From an uncultured Oscillibacter sp. (GTDB taxonomy: Bacteria > Bacillota > Clostridia > Oscillospirales > Oscillospiraceae): DNA of 64,000 nucleotides. The notes beneath the pieces were generated by a model. It had not been told where the DNA came from. It searched no databases and was given only the letters and a program-made list of their open reading frames with translations. Shown piece by piece: positions 61,082-64,000 of the stretch. The stretch spans positions 706 through 64,705 of the forward strand of contig CABSBM010000002.1 of NCBI GenBank assembly GCA_902475955.1, in the 5' to 3' direction. Position numbers and translations under genes: made by a program. Every line of letters begins with the position of its first letter. Position 1 is the first letter of the stretch.

Positions 61082-61174
61082 AGGTATTTTTTCCGCCGCG
61101 CAGAAGGTGAATTGCCCCGCAGGGGCAAGAGAAGCCACCCTGGGGTGTGCCGCCGGAAAAAATCATTCTGATTT
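61082..61174. repeat. REP/MITE-like palindromic intergenic element
   Basis: ATTTTTTCCG...CGGAAAAAAT outer stem enclosing TTGCCCC-gca-GGGGCAA hairpin; related to 28665-28705. Confidence 0.6.
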
Positions 61175-61241
61175 CGCGCCCGCGGGCGCGAGGGGCCGGG
61201 GAAAGCGGTCTTCGCTTCCCGAAAATTTTCCGAAAAACCGG

Positions 61242-61270
61242 TTGCCACGCCCTTCAGAAGGGATTATAAT
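61242..61270 (+). promoter_or_regulatory. sigma-A promoter of NhaC-family gene
   Basis: TTGCCA-17-TATAAT. Confidence 0.7.
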
Positions 61271-61336
61271 GAAATTTACTTTAGCTGATTTCCGCTTTAG
61301 AGCGCAAAAAAGAGAGAATTGAGAGGAAGCAAAACC

Positions 61337-62749
61337 ATGGATCAGGGTCTGAACCGCAAGCCCAACGGCTGGGCACTGCTGCCGTTCCTTATCTTCATCG
61401 TCATCTACCTGGGGGCCGGCCTCTTCCTGCAGCGGCAGGGGGTGAAGATGGCCTTCTACCAGTTCCCCTCCGTCACCGCCATGTTCCTGGCCGTGGTGGC
61501 CGCCTTCTGTATGGGGAAGGAGAAGCTGGATGAGAAGTTCAGCATCTTCGCCCGGGGCGCCGCCAATGAGAACGTCCTCACCATGCTGATGATCTACATC
61601 CTGGCGGGCGCCTTCTCCACCGTGGCCAAGAGCATGGGCGGCGTGGACGCCACCGTCAACCTGGGCCTTGCCATCATCCCCGTGGAGCTGCTGGTTGCGG
61701 GCATGTTCGTGATCTCCGCCTTCCTGGGCACCGCCACGGGCACCTCTGTCGGCACCATCACGGCCCTCGTCCCCATCGCCGTGGGCCTTGCCAGCGAGAG
61801 CGGCCTCAGCGTGCCCCTGATGCTGGGGGCCTGCGCCGGCGGCGCCATGTTCGGCGATAACCTCTCCATGATCTCGGACACCACCATCGCCGCCACCAAG
61901 ACCCAGGGCGTGGCCCTGAAGGATAAGTTCCGGGTGAACTTCTACATCGCCCTGCCGGCGGCCATCCTCACCCTCGTCATCCTCCTTGTCATCGGCCGGG
62001 GCGGCGGCGCCGTGCTGGAGCCCCGGAGCTTCGACATCCTGAAGGTCCTCCCCTACGTGCTGGTGCTGACCCTGGCCATCCTTGGCGTCAACGTCTTCCT
62101 GACCCTGACCCTCGGCATCTTCTCCGCCGGGATCATCGGCCTCTGCGCCGGGGACCTCACCATCTTCACCTTTGCCCAGGACATCTGGAACGGCTTCACC
62201 GGCATGAGCGAGGTCTTCTTCCTGGCCCTCTTCTGCGGCGGCATCTCGGAGCTCATCGCCCACAACGGCGGCATCGTCTGGCTCATCGAGAAGCTCCGGA
62301 AGAGGATGCACGGCGGCAAGTCCGCCCAGATCGGCATGTCCGTGCTGGTGTCTCTCGCGGACTGCGCCACCGCCAACAATACCGTGGCCATCATCCTCTG
62401 CGGCAATGTGGCCAAGGACATGAGCCGGGAGTTCAAGGTGGACCCCCGGCGGACGGCCTCCCTTCTTGATGTCTTCTCCTGCGTCTTCCAGGGCATCATC
62501 CCCTACGGCGCGCAGCTGCTGATGGCGGCGTCCCTGACGACGACTACCTACGGCATCGTCATCAGCCCCGTGGAGATCGTGCCCTACATGTGGTACTGCT
62601 GGATCCTGGCATTCTTCGGCCTCCTCTCCATCTTCGTGCCCTACGCCGACCGCACCTGCCGCAAAGACCCCTGGAACTGGGAGTACGACGTGGCCGAGTC
62701 CGGCGTGGAAGCCAAGAAGGCCCTCCTGGAGAAGTCCCACGAACTGTAA
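61337..62749 (+). CDS. Na+/H+ antiporter NhaC-family transporter (possibly amino-acid transport)
   Basis: GTSVGTI, GGAMFGDNLSMISDTTIAA, ANNTVAI, IPYGAQLL. Confidence 0.85.
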   Translation: MDQGLNRKPNGWALLPFLIFIVIYLGAGLFLQRQGVKMAFYQFPSVTAMFLAVVAAFCMGKEKLDEKFSIFARGAANENVLTMLMIYILAGAFSTVAKSMGGVDATVNLGLAIIPVELLVAGMFVISAFLGTATGTSVGTITALVPIAVGLASESGLSVPLMLGACAGGAMFGDNLSMISDTTIAATKTQGVALKDKFRVNFYIALPAAILTLVILLVIGRGGGAVLEPRSFDILKVLPYVLVLTLAILGVNVFLTLTLGIFSAGIIGLCAGDLTIFTFAQDIWNGFTGMSEVFFLALFCGGISELIAHNGGIVWLIEKLRKRMHGGKSAQIGMSVLVSLADCATANNTVAIILCGNVAKDMSREFKVDPRRTASLLDVFSCVFQGIIPYGAQLLMAASLTTTTYGIVISPVEIVPYMWYCWILAFFGLLSIFVPYADRTCRKDPWNWEYDVAESGVEAKKALLEKSHEL

Positions 62750-62927
62750 ACCCACCGTGATCACCCGGCAGGGGACGCTCCGCGTCCCCTGCCGTCTTTT
62801 TTCCGCCAGACAGCCGCCCCCGCCCTGCCTCTTGCGCGGGCGCTAAACTTGTGTTAAGATAAACTCCTGTTCGAGACCCGTTTCCGTCCGGCAGGCCCGC
62901 CCTGCCACCGCCGAAAAGGAGGCCCCC

Positions 62928-63980
62928 ATGCGCGTCTATACCCCGGAGCAGTGGCTGCTGCTCTTTTACTTCTACTGTCTGTGCGGCTGGATCTGGGAGA
63001 GCTGCTTCGTCTCCTGCAAGCAGCGCCGCTGGGTGAACCGGGGCTTCCTCCACGGACCCTGGCTGCCCATCTACGGCTCCGGCGCCATCATCATCCTTTT
63101 CGCCACCCTCCCGGTGCGCGGCAGCGCCATCGGCATCGCCCTCATGGGCACCTTCGCCGCCACGCTCCTGGAATACGTCACCGGCGCCGTCATGGAGCGC
63201 ATCTTCAAGATGCGCTACTGGGACTACACCAACCAGCCCTTTAACCTCAACGGCTACATCTGCCTCACCAGCTCCATCGGCTGGGCGGGCTTTTCCTGGC
63301 TGCTGGTGCGGGTCATCCACCCGCCCATCGACCGCCTGCTGCGGGATGTCCCCTTCTACCTCACCGGCCCCCTGGCCGGGGCCCTCACCGTCCTCTTCGT
63401 CTGGGATGTGGTGACCTCCGTCCGGCAGGCCCTGGACCTCAAGGAGCTCCTCACCAAGCTCACCGAGGAGAACGAGGATCTGCGCCGCCTTGCCAAGCGG
63501 GCCGAGGTCGTGGCCGCCCTGGCGGACGACGACCTGCGGAAGTTCCGGGAGCGGACGGAGCTGCAGCGGGTGATGCTCTCCCTGCGGATGGAGGAGTACC
63601 AGGCCGAGCGGCGGGAGCGCAGCGACCGCCGCAAGGCGGCCCTGGACGCCGCCCTGGAGGAGCGGCTCCGCCGCCGCAGCGAGGCAAGGCTTTCCTCCCT
63701 GGACTCCGTGAAGGAGGCCCTGGAGAAGGGCATCGCCCAGGCGGGGCTCAGCCCCATGGTGGGCGGCATCCCCGCCGAGGATCTGAAGCGGGAGCTGCGG
63801 GAAGCCATCGAGAAGCTGGAGCGCACCCGGAAGACCGTCCAGTCCCGGGAGAGCCGCCGCTACCGCCAGGCCGCCCGCATCCTGCGGGGCAACCCCAGCG
63901 CCCGGGCGCCCCGGCACGGGGAGGCCCTCCGCTCCCTCCGGGATGTCGCCGGCATCCGGGGCAAGGAGAAGGACGACTGA
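62928..63980 (+). CDS. Putative ABC transporter permease (DUF1113/CmpB-like) with coiled-coil C-terminus
   Basis: GWIWES, NRGFLHGPWLPIYG, WDYT..PFNLNGYICL. Confidence 0.85.
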   Translation: MRVYTPEQWLLLFYFYCLCGWIWESCFVSCKQRRWVNRGFLHGPWLPIYGSGAIIILFATLPVRGSAIGIALMGTFAATLLEYVTGAVMERIFKMRYWDYTNQPFNLNGYICLTSSIGWAGFSWLLVRVIHPPIDRLLRDVPFYLTGPLAGALTVLFVWDVVTSVRQALDLKELLTKLTEENEDLRRLAKRAEVVAALADDDLRKFRERTELQRVMLSLRMEEYQAERRERSDRRKAALDAALEERLRRRSEARLSSLDSVKEALEKGIAQAGLSPMVGGIPAEDLKRELREAIEKLERTRKTVQSRESRRYRQAARILRGNPSARAPRHGEALRSLRDVAGIRGKEKDD

Positions 63981-64000
63981 CCCCCCTCTCACCCAACCAA

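Noticed and set aside
60910..61336. SAM/T-box riboswitch upstream of the NhaC-family gene
   Set aside because: The promoter lies only about 65 nt before the start codon and no S-box or T-box consensus is visible; the upstream structure is the REP-like repeat.

Overview
High-GC chromosomal segment of a spore-forming Clostridia-class bacterium, Oscillospiraceae-like by inference from gene content (SLH protein, yabP/yabQ/divIC, hrcA with CIRCE, rnfCDGEAB) and repeat types. Most of the window is housekeeping or metabolic. It carries a PhnDCEE-type ABC importer with a cytoplasmic 5'-nucleotidase, an SLH-anchored X-Pro dipeptidyl peptidase, a decayed AraC/MptD-ECF locus, ppdK, holB-like/ricT, rnfCDGEAB, hrcA-grpE-dnaK-dnaJ, rpiB, mutY, a thiolase, a maltodextrin ABC/LacI/malQ locus, pcp, hpf, yabP-yabQ-divIC-S1, a MATE pump, an Na/Pi cotransporter and an NhaC-family transporter. 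The standout is a roughly 1.7-kb AT-richer islet (about 18725-20400). It encodes a radical SAM/SPASM maturase and, directly upstream, a 31-aa six-cysteine peptide missing from the ORF track (MEFFEDIEVSEACSCYCDDQGCQGTCHSCDN, 20161-20256, minus strand), making it a candidate minimal ranthipeptide/sactipeptide RiPP system. Also noted: a candidate ~65-nt sRNA upstream of hpf, an antisense promoter sharing an operator with the mptD promoter, an in-frame MptD-ABC ATPase deletion fusion, a GNAT gene bracketed by 12-bp direct repeats, and modular REP-like intergenic repeats. All calls come from reading the sequence; no database searches were run.
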